Below are positions 1 to 13,060 of a stretch of DNA of 61,282 nt, in pieces (the stretch's first letter is position 1; the number at the start of each line of letters is the position of its first letter). The DNA comes from Catajapyx aquilonaris. Its lineage: Eukaryota. Below the pieces are notes generated by a model. That model ran no database searches. It was not told where the DNA came from and saw nothing but the letters and a program-made list of their open reading frames with translations. Where the stretch lies: assembly GCA_000934665.2 (NCBI GenBank), contig KZ538566.1:1-61282 (forward strand), read 5' to 3'. The position numbers and the translations under genes were made by a program.

Positions 1-3000
1 CGCTGCTGGATCTGCCTCCATTCTCAAGACGTCCAGGAGCTGGTTTAGCTGGAGACCAGTGGGTGGGGATAGGTATAGGGGAAGGAGAAGGGGGGGAGAA
101 TGGTGGTAATTTGCAAATCGCCCCTGGGATGTGCCCTTGGTAGATTTCTAAAATATTCATGCCTCCTACTGGGTTAAATAAGGTGTACTGCTTACCTGAA
201 TGTGTCACTCATTTAGTGGGAAAATTTGCTGAATAATGAGATGTGATATTATGCAGTTGAGTTTTGTAAGCAGTTATTTTCACATAGTACGTGTTGATGG
301 TTCGTCTTAGTTTGCGTGTGATTGTAATATTAAGAAAGTGGCGACATCAATCAGCACTGGTAAACTCAAGTGTTGACATTTAAGAAAGTTCTTGTTCCCC
401 TTTTTCCCCACTAGTTATGGTAAGACAGAATGTTGCAAAAGCAGTATGATAATTAAATGGCGGGCCGCTGTGCGTTTTAATTGCAAAAAAGCAGCTTTTT
501 ATGGAAAATGTTAGTTATTACTAAAATCAGCGGGAGATATTTCTATATTCAACCATTTTAGCTGTAATACACATATAAGCTAATATTTATGATTTAATTT
601 TTTTGCAGTTTCTATAGTTCGAACCTAGTAAAAAGACGAGGTCATAAGTGGTTATTGCGCCAATGAAGGTGAGAGGGGATGCAGTGGACGCATGTGAAAA
701 AGAAAGTGAACTCGTCTGCCTCGACAACAAGTCCAGGAATCGGTGACATATCACAGAAGTTTTCCCCACGTATCTTACACGATAAAGGTGTTTTAGAGTT
801 TTGTGGACTGAGTTTCGCCACACGATAAAGTACACCCGGAATAAAATTGGATTTGAGACTTTGACCTGCGGATAATCTGACCTTGTTCCAAGTAATGACA
901 CATTGATGAGAATTATGTATGCTTTTGTTCTAAAAACATGTCATTAGGTCACACTGTTGTAGAATGCCTAATCACTACTAATATTAGGTTGCACTGTCGC
1001 GTACGTGGCATATGACATTTTGCAAAGTCGGCATGTCGTTGCTGATGTCTGCGTATGTCATGGTGCAAGTTGCGTAATATATGGACAAAGAAAATTATTG
1101 AGACAGGTTAGTTATTAATATGCGGGCATTTGAGGAATTTTCTGAATGGCAGTGTCGTAGCCTTGAACAATCCAGTGAGACTAGCAGTTATTTGTCCTTT
1201 GTTATATATACATATATCTATAAGTCAGACGTGTCCAAACGGTGGATTCCTATTGTCCAGTGGTGGGACAGGATATTCCGGGCCCCCGGCATTTTATTCA
1301 CATAAACCCTTCTTTTCGTCTCCGGGGCGTCTCTCTTCCGATGGAACTGGTTTGCAATTTTCACATCCATGTGAAGGTCATGGGTTCGGGTTGTAAGGGC
1401 CTCTTTTCTCCCCATCCCGCGATGCAAATCTGCGTGCGAAAAACGGAGGTTCCCTGCCCAAGGGAACCAACCCTAAGTTCTTTTTTCAAGGATGGGAGGA
1501 TTGGTCGGTTGGTTAGAAAAAGAAAAATCCATATTCACCTTCCCACCACCCATCAGCCATTTTTATTATTGGACACGTGTATTATGAACATGGGAAACAT
1601 TCCGGGCATTGTTGAACCAAATTAAATGGCCTCCCAAATATGTAATCACCCTACAGTAGCTTTACAACTTGATTCATCCGAATGCTTGGCATTTCACATG
1701 TTTGATTGCGTTTACGCAAATGGGGGACCCACAACCATAAAATATTAGGTAAAATAATGATACATTTGCAGTCGGAAATGTTGATTGTAGGCCCCAACCG
1801 ATGTCAATGATATGGCTCGTCTTACACCTAACCCATCATTTCGGGTGGCGGCAGTCCGACAAACTAGTCTAGGGAATGCCAATGGCTTGGAAGGACCATT
1901 AAAATGAATTACGGGGACGGGTTGTTCAGAAAAAGGGGAACCGGGGAGTGGAGGAAGAGGGAGGGAACACGGCACCTGTTCCGGCATGATGTGGGTGGGT
2001 GAAGTACAATAAGGACACTCGTGTGGGCTACAATTGAAAAATGGCCTCTAATGTAATTATTCCAAATGGCTAACCACGACCTACCATAAAACGGTGTCAA
2101 AAAAATGCGCCAAAATAGGTAGCCGAAAAAAAGTAGCTGGAAATAATATTTTGAAAATGTCACGCTGAGCTTTTTTCAATATTTTCAACGGTGCCTTTAC
2201 ATTTCCATTAATCTCAAGTGAATGCCTGGTATGTGAAGAAGAATAAAACAGTTATATGGTGCTGAGTCGACTCCCCAAAGACAGCAGGTGCTGAATCATG
2301 GCCACCATCATCCGAAAAAGCGCCGACTCACCTTTGATGGTGTTGGCCAGTGGATGGCCATTGCTGGGGTCCAGCTTGCCATATGGTTTTCTCATATGTC
2401 GAGTCACACAAAATTGCAGTCGGAGCGACATTAGAGCTGGGAAGTTGAAAATGTTTGCGCATGCAGGCAGCAAGATGGCGAAGAAGTGGTGTAATGAGAT
2501 AGTAGAGAGAGGCTGGTGGGTGCAACTTGTTTGGATCGCTTCCAGAGTCCTTTCGGGGGCATTCAGTAATGGCCAGGATGAAACCGCTGCCAGCTTCCTT
2601 GTTCAGCCCTTTCTTTTATTATCTGGCCGAATGGCCGGCACATGATTTGGGAAGCAGCTCCAAACAGCTATCGTAAAGTTTACAGGGAAGCATTTCAGAG
2701 ATGCCTCTCCACCCACAATCCACAATGCAGAGGAGGACCACACAAAAACTGGAAGGTCCCCTGGCGGTTTTACTTTCGATGGCATAACGGTATACCGGTG
2801 TGTATCCGGGGATATGGAAAATCGACCAATAAAACAAGATAGACGCATGTTTCTCGCCACATATTTTTTTATTATTTACATCTATACATTTGTAGAGCCT
2901 TTATAGACAATTCAAATACAAAAAATTCTTACACTGTTCAATTATACAGCTGGAACACAGGAACTGCATCGAGTCATTATTCACATGCATTCATCATCTT

Positions 3001-6000
3001 TTCACAAGTCAAATAAATACATGGCTTGTGTGTAACCGGACGGAGACACACATTGGAATGGATATTTACTGCAAAAAAAAAAATCTAGTTGGGTGGCAGA
3101 GCCTGACTGGAGTCTAAAAGGCTAAGCCACTTATAGAGCACTAGCCCTTTGCTTTCCCTGCAGTGTACAGTACTATTAGGTATAATAACAGCATCAGTTG
3201 AGGGTGGCCAACACCAGGGTTGCCACGCTGTCGGAGGAGCCAAAGGTCCTTTGCTTTATAAGTGACATAATTACATCTTTTTTTATTTAAAAAAAAACCA
3301 AGTGTTCACCACACTAGAAATGGAAGACTTTCTCAGAAGGACTAGAGTACAATTGCGAGATTCATACATCATTCATTTTCCAAACTTCTCCACTTCATTT
3401 TTTTCATATTTGTCAAAGTCGGTCTAACATGTAAGTGATATCACCACAGGAAGTTCCCAAGCACCAATTCCTTTTTTTCCTCCCCGTCCTCTTCAAAACT
3501 CCCTGGGCCAAAATGAACAAAAAGTGAGTCTTTCAGGTTTTTCCCATTTTTTCCTCCCGTTATGGCAGCCATGCTGCAAGACACCACCAAAAGAACCCAT
3601 TTCTGACCCTTTTTAAAAAATCCCACCCAACCGCAGGCGGCCGGCAAAAAAAGGCAATTTAGTTCACATATTGACCTTCTGCAACACATCATGGGTTAAT
3701 TTAGTACCGGCCCCATTACCCAATTTTTACCCTATGATTTTGGGACCAGAATTTTAGGTTCAAATGAAAGCAGGCCTGTCTTGTCCCAGACGCGACATGA
3801 AGCGGCGTCAGAACAGGCAACAAAAGCGCCAAGTGTCAACATTACATGACCCTCCTGCAGCAAGCCCCATTCACACAGGCCCTGACACAGATGTCCACAT
3901 CAGAAGCTGCCGTTGGAAATAACCACTTGCTCTGCCAACGCATCTGCATGTCTGGTATCCTGTGAAAGAAGACAACACAACTTAGTCCACACAATATTTA
4001 CACCACAACAATTCATATGGTATAACAATCATATTGTTTATCATGCAACATTGTAGTTTGCTGATAATTCCAACCTTATTCATAGTCCCCCCCAACCCTT
4101 TCCAATATACAATGGAGGCTGGGTCATCCCATCCGGACCCATAAAAAAGGGGTATTTGTTACCTAAAAATCTCCTGGGACATTCACCAGATGGGCCAGAC
4201 ACAAGCCGGACATTTATGACAGTCTGACCCCAAGCCCTCCCTAAGATTACTATACGCTTTGACTTTTCCTTCACAACCCGGTGTCCCTGTCAAGACGTAG
4301 CAAAGGCGGAAAAAAATTACCCCCTTTTTCCTGTGGGAGCCCCGGATGCAAGATGATCCGGGCTGCTCTTTCCATGATATATTATGGATGCGAAGGCAAC
4401 ATAGGCTGGTTTTCGGACCATCTCCGGTTTCGTTTCTGACACTTGACGAACACAACAACTGTCAGCGACCAACAACAGGGGTTGCCAGATGACGCTTTTT
4501 CCCCNCCTAGACATGTTCCAACCCAGATAGCGTCTAAATTCAATATAGACTCCCTAAGATTGACCCTCACCTTGTAGAGCGACACCCCACCCATTGTGGA
4601 ATGCCCATTTCCTGCTACAGAAAGGTGGGGCTAAAGACCCCGTCCTGAGTACAGGATGTGTAGCAGATAGAAGAAAAAGGGTGGAGGCAACACACGCTGT
4701 AGCCCACGCACATTTGGTACACAAAATCGCATTTGTTGAGATTAAATATTGACGATGCCGTTGCCACGGTGGAAATTCACATTTGGAAATACGTTCGACT
4801 CTTTTAGTAGTGTCTTTTGCTCACTGTTCCGACCATAACATGGTGTCAGCGGTGGATTCCTGAAGGTACCACTTCCACGTGTACAGACGGGGAAGGTATG
4901 CTGCACCTTCTCACACCTATATCCTTCGCCATTGTTGGAAAATATTACAGGGTGTTTTCGAAGGAGGGGTTGTTTGACCCGAGAAAAAGGGAGGGCTGCA
5001 CACTTGTTGCCAGCTGGAGCTTTTTGGGGGTGGCCTGCGTGGAAGGACTCAACAAAGAGTGGAAGTCAGTAAAGAGAGTTTTTTTTCCTTCCACTTGTTG
5101 TAAAGGCCTCAGGTGAAGGCGCGAGCCACATTTCTACTGGGTGGTCCCACTTCCTGACTGCAGCATCCACTAGGTTAAATTCTGATTTGTTTTAAAAAAA
5201 AATCAGGTGCGAACAATTTTTTCCGGGATACCTGGCGGAACTGGGCGTTTTAAGAGGCTTTGTGCGCACAACAACGTCACGCCCAAATTACAATGTCAAC
5301 TGCCTTGTACTATGAGAACCTGTTTAAATTGTTCGGCTAGAGATGGAAAACACGAGTACAACTTCATTCCTTCACCTTCGGCCCTTCTACACCACAATTT
5401 TAATTAAAGGGAAGGCAGTAGATCATTACGCTTTCATTTAAGAAAAGGATTCAGGTTTTCCTGGCTGCAATTGTTGGGTGCGCTGGAGCTATTAACCTAT
5501 CATTACGCGGCTACCCAGCACAGAAGTCGGCAAAAGAATTTTTCGCAAGCTGACCTGAAATGCGCCCTAATCATCAAGGAATACGACTTTTTTTTGCCAC
5601 TTGTCTAAGAAAAATCCTGGTGCAACTGGTCACTCCCGTCTGGCAACTCTTAGAAAATGGCGTCTGGTTATCTGACATTCAATGTACACACAGATTGTAT
5701 GTGACCTATGGCAACTATCGGATTTTAAAAATAATATGCAATATCAATTTTCTACACAGAGGACAGCCCTAGCGACACCACCACTTTTGTATCGAACTTT
5801 TGTCGCGCCGTCCGCATCTTTTTACCCGCACTGACTGTTCATGCAAATATTTGGACCGTGGGATAACCCAAACAGCACATTACCAAGCAGTCGCGTTGAT
5901 ATGAGCCTAATGTTACATTGCATCCACCTGCTCTTCCCTTCCTCCCAGCATTTTCCCACGACCCCAGAGATGTCCCGGAAATATCCTCTGCCAATCCTAA

Positions 6001-9000
6001 TGACCATCACATCAGCGGTTTCTGGCTGAGGTGAATTCAACACCCCCCATCTTCCTTTCCACTAGTGTTGATGAAATTTATAACTGCTCTTGAGCGTTAA
6101 TAAATTATAGGCTAATTGTCCACTCATTTGAAGCAGCAGGGGGGCCAGTTCTCACTCTTTCCCTCGACCCCAATTTCCGCAATTAGTAGGTTAACACTGT
6201 TATCTGATGAGTAAAAACGTGATAAGCTGGAATTCGATCCAATTTGTTGTTTGTTATGGAAGCTACGTGGAGGTCACTCTTAAAATCATTGGGGTTATCA
6301 TTCTCATAGGCGGTGTCGTAAATTATGTCACGGCAAGCATGTTTGCATTGTGAAGTCAACGGGGTGGGGGTAGAGCTATATGGAGAGAGGCGGGGGTTGG
6401 TATGCGTGACCAGGTGTGACAATGAAGGAGGGGCACATTTTACGGTACGATACAGGTTAGCTACCGGGGAAAAATAATGGCTTCATGCAAATGAATGCAT
6501 TCTTTAGAGACCGTTCACAAGATGCGCTTGCCCGCCGGGACCAAGGGCGGACAATGACACATCCTATTGTTGCTCGAAATAAATTTAATTATCGAAAAAA
6601 ATATCAGTTGATAGGCTGAGAATTTGAATAAAATATTCCTAATATTACATATCACACATTGACATTTATTACTCGATATTTCCACAATATTAAATTGTGC
6701 CATATGAGCTGATGCTGTACCGTACGGAAACTGCTGAGGTTTTAGCTCTCAGTAGCATGCTTTCATATGCAAATTCGAATCGAATGTGTCCGCACGTGTG
6801 TCCCCTACCGGTCGGAAGCTATAAAGCCCCAACTTTATGGCAGCTTCTGACGAGGTACATATTAGGTGCTGGTACCAGTAACCTATTAATTATTTTCATG
6901 GCTGAAACAGCAGTTGTCAGTGGTTATTCTAGACACGTACTGATTTACAACACCAAACCATGTACAATGATGCTCAACTTTCTCGCACTTCCTCTCCCAC
7001 GCCTTCTAAGGAACCCGGATAGCCCCAGAGAAACCCGCACCCCTTAAATTACACCCCCGCACCCTTAAAAAAAACTGGAACCCAGAATCCATCAAGAGAC
7101 ATATCCGCTTAACAGCGCCTTAAAAAAAATAACCTCCAGCGAATGAGAGAATCACACATGAAGGAGCTTCCCTTTTCCCATAATTAGGTATTTCCCAAGG
7201 TAAAATAGGCTGGTAAGATTCCCTGGGTAAACCCACCCACTCCGGTACCCTTTTCACCCCGGACCTTATAAGCAAAACCAGCTCAACCAACCGACCCAAC
7301 CTCACCCTCCGGAAACGGGAGCCTCTCCACTTCCTTTTTTCCCACTGCCCCAATAGGACCCCCCCCCCCCCCCCNCCCCCCCCCCCCCAAAACCTAACCC
7401 TCAGTTTGGATCCCCCTATATACTCCGACATTCCCGTCGCCCACGTATATTATTATGATCCCAGAACCGGATGATCCATTTTGGTTTCGCTCCCGGACTA
7501 ACCTATATGTAAGCAATTTTCGTGATGCTTCCGCTTGTCAGGTTCGCACAAAATTTTAGGGGATTTTTCAGAGGGTATCAGGTGGATTGGGGGGGAAGTG
7601 TGGGAACAAAAGAGCATGATTTGGATGGTCATGTTCGCGAATATCAGCAGATGTTACGTGCAAGTACGATAATAGATATGGGTAAGTAGGTCATATTTGG
7701 TTGCCGCCGACAATAAATTTTCGGGGACATATCGTGTTACTATGAACGTACTGAGCGAACAAGAAGAGTATGTTTGACACATTTAAACAGGTAAGAATAC
7801 TCGGCCCCCGAAGTATCATCGTAACATCACAATGTGAACCATGAAGGACCCTGAGGAAGCTGAGTTTTATTTTTGAAATTGAGGACATGACATGCTTCTG
7901 ATTCATCGTATACTTTCTCATTATTGTAATGAGATAGTTTGAAAGTATCAACCCTATGCGATGAAATGGAAATACTGTATCACACAGGAAGGCAGGTGTG
8001 TGTCTCTATTGACACATCAGATATGATGGAGGATTTCACAGAATTTTTCAGTGTACACAATATTACCGCCTGCTACTGTCGATGTTTCGTAGCAATTGCT
8101 AAGGTCAACACCAACTGGACTAATATCATAAATCAGTTTTGCGCTGAGTACTCATCAAAACATTAACGCCAAATTCGAAAACTGGGACGTACCATTGACC
8201 TGGGCTTCTCGGAAAATGTAGGTCAAAATTTTTTGGAAAATGGTAACGTATCGCCTTCAAGTATGTGGTCTACGAAGTACTCAACCAACTCAACATAATA
8301 ACCTCCCGGCACAGTACAAACTGGCTACTGTGAAAATGTAAGAATGGATAATTTAGGGAATGGTGTTCAATAAAATCGTGTAATTTCAGTTACTTGCAGG
8401 AAATGACTCCACAACTGTTGCTCACTACACTGTGAATGAAATTTGTAGCCATATGAAACTTAACACCCAGGCTCTAACACTAATCAGGCCACATTATTCC
8501 GTGTCCATAACGGACTTCAGGTGCTTTCCCCTTTGAAGATTTTTCATCCTGGAGGTTAGGCATACTACGCACCTCCCTTGGCCCACATATTGCCCCCATT
8601 TTAGGCGCCATCCGAACCCGTCACCTCATTGGATTATAACGAAGCAATCAACAATGCCCGCCAGCCTCTCAAACAATTACCCCTACCGACCCTCTCGCTT
8701 CATTTACAACGCTCCTAGGTTCGTAACCCACCTCGTGTCCGGCATTTTAATGGTCGAGCAGCCAGCAAAACGAAAAGGAGTCTGTCAAGCCCCCCGAAAT
8801 TTTTCCCAGGCTGATTATCCAGCCGGTTCATTGCAGCTCTTACACTTTCCCAGTAGCCAACAGGAAGAGGATTTGCCACGGTTGGTTACCTACGGTAACG
8901 CCTCACTCCAACCGATAACCCTATATACGTATACACATAGCCAGAATATGTAGGAATTCGGCACCAAATCAATCGGAGTGTGAAAGAAAAATAGATGGGC

Positions 9001-11087
9001 CATTGCAGAAGACGTTGAATGAGCCGTTCCTTCCATTCAAAAACTTGAGGAGGGGAGCTATGGTAACGGGTTCCAAGACGGGGAAAAAGGAAAAGGACCC
9101 CCTTCCTTGTCATAGTAAAAAAAAATGTGGAGAAAAGGGGGGGGGGGGNAGGGCCTCAGGCCTCTTCTTTTTTTTTTTCCTAAGCTTTGTAAGACCCCAA
9201 CCGGCGGAACAGGCCAAAAGAATGTCAGCAAGGAATGAAAAGTTCCTTTCAAAAGCGGACTCCGGGGACCGTCTTGGGGGCCTTCTTCCTCCTAAAGAAT
9301 GACCAAAATGCGCACTATAGCGAAAGGAGGAGGGGAGAGAACTTATCGCTTTTCAGAGGAAGCCATGGTAAAATCGGGGGTCCGAGCCCTTGGAATGTGC
9401 TTTGTAGATGCCGAGTCAAAAAATTTTTGCGTCCAAAAATGCTTATGCGAAAACCGGTTATACACAACGTGTTTTCTCAGGGAGTTAAGGTCAATGGCGA
9501 TCAGGCCCAGGTAAAATGACCAGGATTAATAAGTCATGTTTCCCCAATCAATTAGTCGGTCCACACGGCCAATTACTGTTATGCATATGGTTTTCAATTG
9601 TGAGACAAAAAAACACCCGAATTTGAAGCATCGCATTGGATGGCCAGCAATTGGTGGCTCATAAATGATTCCAGACGGTGGCTACCTTGATCAAGAGGTC
9701 GATGGCAATCTTCCCAATCGGCCTTGGGCAACCACCCTCGAGGCAAGGAAAATGGTACGGCCGGGCGAGATACACTTGCACTCTAGATATTCCCACCCGA
9801 TAAAAAGACGGCGGTGGGTTGTCAACACCGGAATTTATTTGCGACAGACCGAGGACGCGACGAATGCAATGCGGATTTCTAATGAGTCTTCACCGGTGGG
9901 TATGCAAATCTGGTGTCGGGTAATGGTTACACAATCGTTTTGCAATCGGGCTGTCTGTCATTGGTTAGGTATACTCACCAAGATGCTGGTTGTTGCCCAC
10001 TTCTTAGGTGCGTGTCTTGGGCTTTGGCTTCGGGGGGCATCTTTTTTAGGGACCAACCTGTTCCAGTAGGTGGGCGCAGGTGCCACTTTGACACATTCAG
10101 TTCAGTCACAAGTCATCCACGTCACATGCACACGCACTTGCACTTGGCTGGGGTTCGCGTGCACCACATGACACACCTCCTGTTTGGGTCAGCCAACTGA
10201 CCAGTCGTGTCCTGCTCCACTTTTTGGGCGACCAAGTGGATGACCCTTTTAGCCCCGGCTTCTTCCTCTTCTTCTTCGGCAGGGTTTCGGGTTTCCAGAT
10301 GTTCCAGAAACCACAGATGGTTTCATATTGTGTCTGCGTCTGGTTTGTTTGGAGATGGCTGGGAAGGAAGGAGTCAGGTGGAGGGAAAAGGTTTTCTGGA
10401 TTCAAGGCCAATGAGGGATGCAGCAGCAGGCCCAGAAGAAATCAGATCCGGAGGGATGTTGCGGGAGTTGGAAGATGGTGTGCCACAGGGGCTGGTTAGG
10501 TAGCCCTCCCCGCCCTCCTCAACTTGGCAACGGGGGTTTGCTTATAAGCCGACAACCTCCCCAAAAAGCAGGTGAGAGAAGCCCCTTTGGGTAGGTGTAG
10601 CAGGTGCTGGCTGAGCGCCGGTCCGAAACAGGGGCCTGAGGGATGGATGGATGGGGCATACGTCGGCCTTGGTTCAACAGCCGCCTTCATCGATAGGCTC
10701 ACCACGTGCCCCAAACTGCCTCTTTCAAAAAATTCCATCAGAGGCGGGCCCCACTTGTCCATCTCCGCCGATTTTCTTATGGAACCAACATGGCGGTCAT
10801 TACAGGTGGGCGCAATCGGATTGCTGCAGGCGGCCACATTCCTACCCCTGGTAAAGTTCTAGTAGGCGGACCGGCTGAGGATGGTTGTCCATCTTCGGCA
10901 AAGTACCCGAAAAGAGGAACGTCGAAAGGTGGCTCATCCTCCTTGGTACATTCTCTCCTCCCTCCCCCTCTTCTTGATCCTGGTTCTCTCCCGGCTCATC
11001 TCCTCCCTTGCGGCACGACTTGGCCCTCGAGCCACGCAAAGATCATCCCCCTGGAGGACCCTTTGCCCGCTGGGTTAGGCCCGGCAG

Positions 11088-11959
11088 CGTGGGAAGATTT
11101 AGGGAAGGAAGGAGGAGGATGTTGATGGTGTTTGGCTGGTCCACGACGCTTTTTGGGGATATATTGGGGGCGTGAGGAGTGGGGGGGAAGAGGATGGTCC
11201 ACCTCTTTCGAGTTGTTCCCACCAGCATCTCTTCAAAGTCGTGACGGAATCGTTGCTGTGAGGGCGCAATCTTGCCCAAATCTTGCCACACATTCTGGGA
11301 CGTCACACACACATTCCTTCCCACATCAAAGTCGCTCGTTTGAACGCACCAGAGGAACCAGATCGTGCGGCTAGTCACTTTTGGAGAGATGATTTGTGGG
11401 GGTGTTTGGTGCAAGGCCTTTTATACACACCAACGAGGAGGGTTTGGGTGGGAGGTAGTAGGGAGGGTTCTCACATTTCCTTGGGAACTCGTTAGGGGGA
11501 GGACTCATCGGACAGAGTTGGCTTTTCGGCTGCGGCACGTTCCCACACTATAGAGTGACCTCGTGTGGGAATATATATAAAAAGTGCGTCTCAGCGCCCA
11601 TCGACTGGTCCATTTTGAAACCATCAAACAGGTGTAATGGGTCTTTGAGCTCATTTACGTGCAATATGACATCGACTTCCAACATTCGTAAGGAGGGGCA
11701 AGTCTTCAACGGTCTTTTCGATACGAGTTTCTGCTTGCATAACGTATGAGAAGGAAGAGGAGACTGCTGAAGAATGCATGAATGGCGCTTGTGCCCCCTC
11801 CCAACACCCCCTTGGGATCAGTCGGTGTCAGTATCTTCTGGGAACGCGTTTGGGTCTCCTTTCCTTTCCTAGCCCCCCTCCCCCCTCTCCATCTCTTGCC
11901 TTCCCCTCTTCATTTTCTTTCTTCCCAAGGGCGGGGCTTGCTGGCAGGGGTTGTGGGAA
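11088..11959. promoter_or_regulatory. Dense Su(H)/CSL site cluster downstream of NRARP
   Basis: YGTGRGAA at 11088-11095, 11318-11325, 11468-11475, 11540-11547, 11564-11571 and 11952-11959, plus TATGAGAA at 11745-11752. A minus-strand TATAAAA lies at 11419-11425. Confidence 0.6.
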
Positions 11960-13060
11960 GTTGCGAGCAAGCATGCGGGACAAGGACACCGCAAGGGTCA
12001 CTTCTGCACACCCCACCACACCCTACCCTCTTGGATGATGGTCAGGCTACCCCCGATGTCACTTCCCCTCTGCGGAAGAAAAAATATTTGCAAATCACAA
12101 AATTATCCTAAATATTACCCACAACTGGCATTAATATACACGAATAAATAAATTTATCGACTTTGGCGAATAAATTTATTTATCGAACCGAATATATTGA
12201 ATGAATTTGTGATATTTTCTGGCGGGAATTTACAGGGAGTCTATTACAGATACGTTACACTTTTATTAGGCGCGATTGGTGAAAGGTCCACTTCATCACA
12301 TTGGGTTTACGGCCCCTGACGCGTGACGCCCTCGAATTTCATAGCCGATCAAGATACGAAATTCCTCGTGTCAAGACTCCAGAGATAATGGCCCCGGTGG
12401 AGCATCCATGCATGCATTCAGGCAACCAGCCCACGTCTACACCCAGGGTTAGTTGGATAAAAAAAAGGAAGCTGGCAACATAGACTGTGGTCAAACAGCT
12501 CCACTCACCTTCTGTTCGGCTTCTGTTGGGAGATCGGACCATTGCCGGCAGCACTTTTTCCACGATCACCAGCACACCGATTCCTTTCCACAAACTTGCA
12601 CGGGTGTACCACCAGCACCAGCACATGAAAATTCCGAAAATTTTTTACAATTTGAAAGTGGGGGTGCCAACGCAGGCAACAAGGCCTGCCAGAGGCCAGA
12701 CAGCCTCAGCTGTCGGTTGATAACTCGGTCTACTGGATTCCGCACGCTGTTGCCACACCGCACCCGGTTCCCACGATCTCATCCTGTGTCCTCTAGCTCT
12801 CTCTCGCTCGCTCTCTCGCTCAGTTCCCGCGTTCACTGGCCGCAATGTACAAAAAACACACACCGTCTCAACAACACTGCCCTTTTGACCCGGAGCAGAA
12901 CAGGCGTATACATGGCACTCGGTTGCGACTGCTTCGTCAAGAAATACTGACTTGTGATTAAAAAACGGAGGTAAAAAAAGTACTGCAACCCCCGACACCG
13001 TGTATGTACAAAGGGATATTACACTATACAGAGGGTGGGGGTGTCAGGTACGGCGGCTCA

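Noticed and set aside
1..110. GC-rich start of the window, possibly the end of an exon from an upstream gene
   Set aside because: Too short, the frame is ambiguous and there is no recognisable product.
2250..5700. Coding-like, possibly transposon-derived sequence with CAGGGTTGCCA motifs
   Set aside because: No transposase motif or paired TIR/TSD could be established by eye.
10700..11293. Family assignment for the broken minus-strand reading: asparagine-synthetase/ASNSD1-like snippets (MCG, KRRGP, RGMIFAW) or bHLH-like snippets (RERTRI, LPKMD)
   Set aside because: The snippets are short, lie in different frames and contradict each other. No Bearded (NxxN, VPVHF, DRW) or WRPW motif was found. 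Not supportable without a search.
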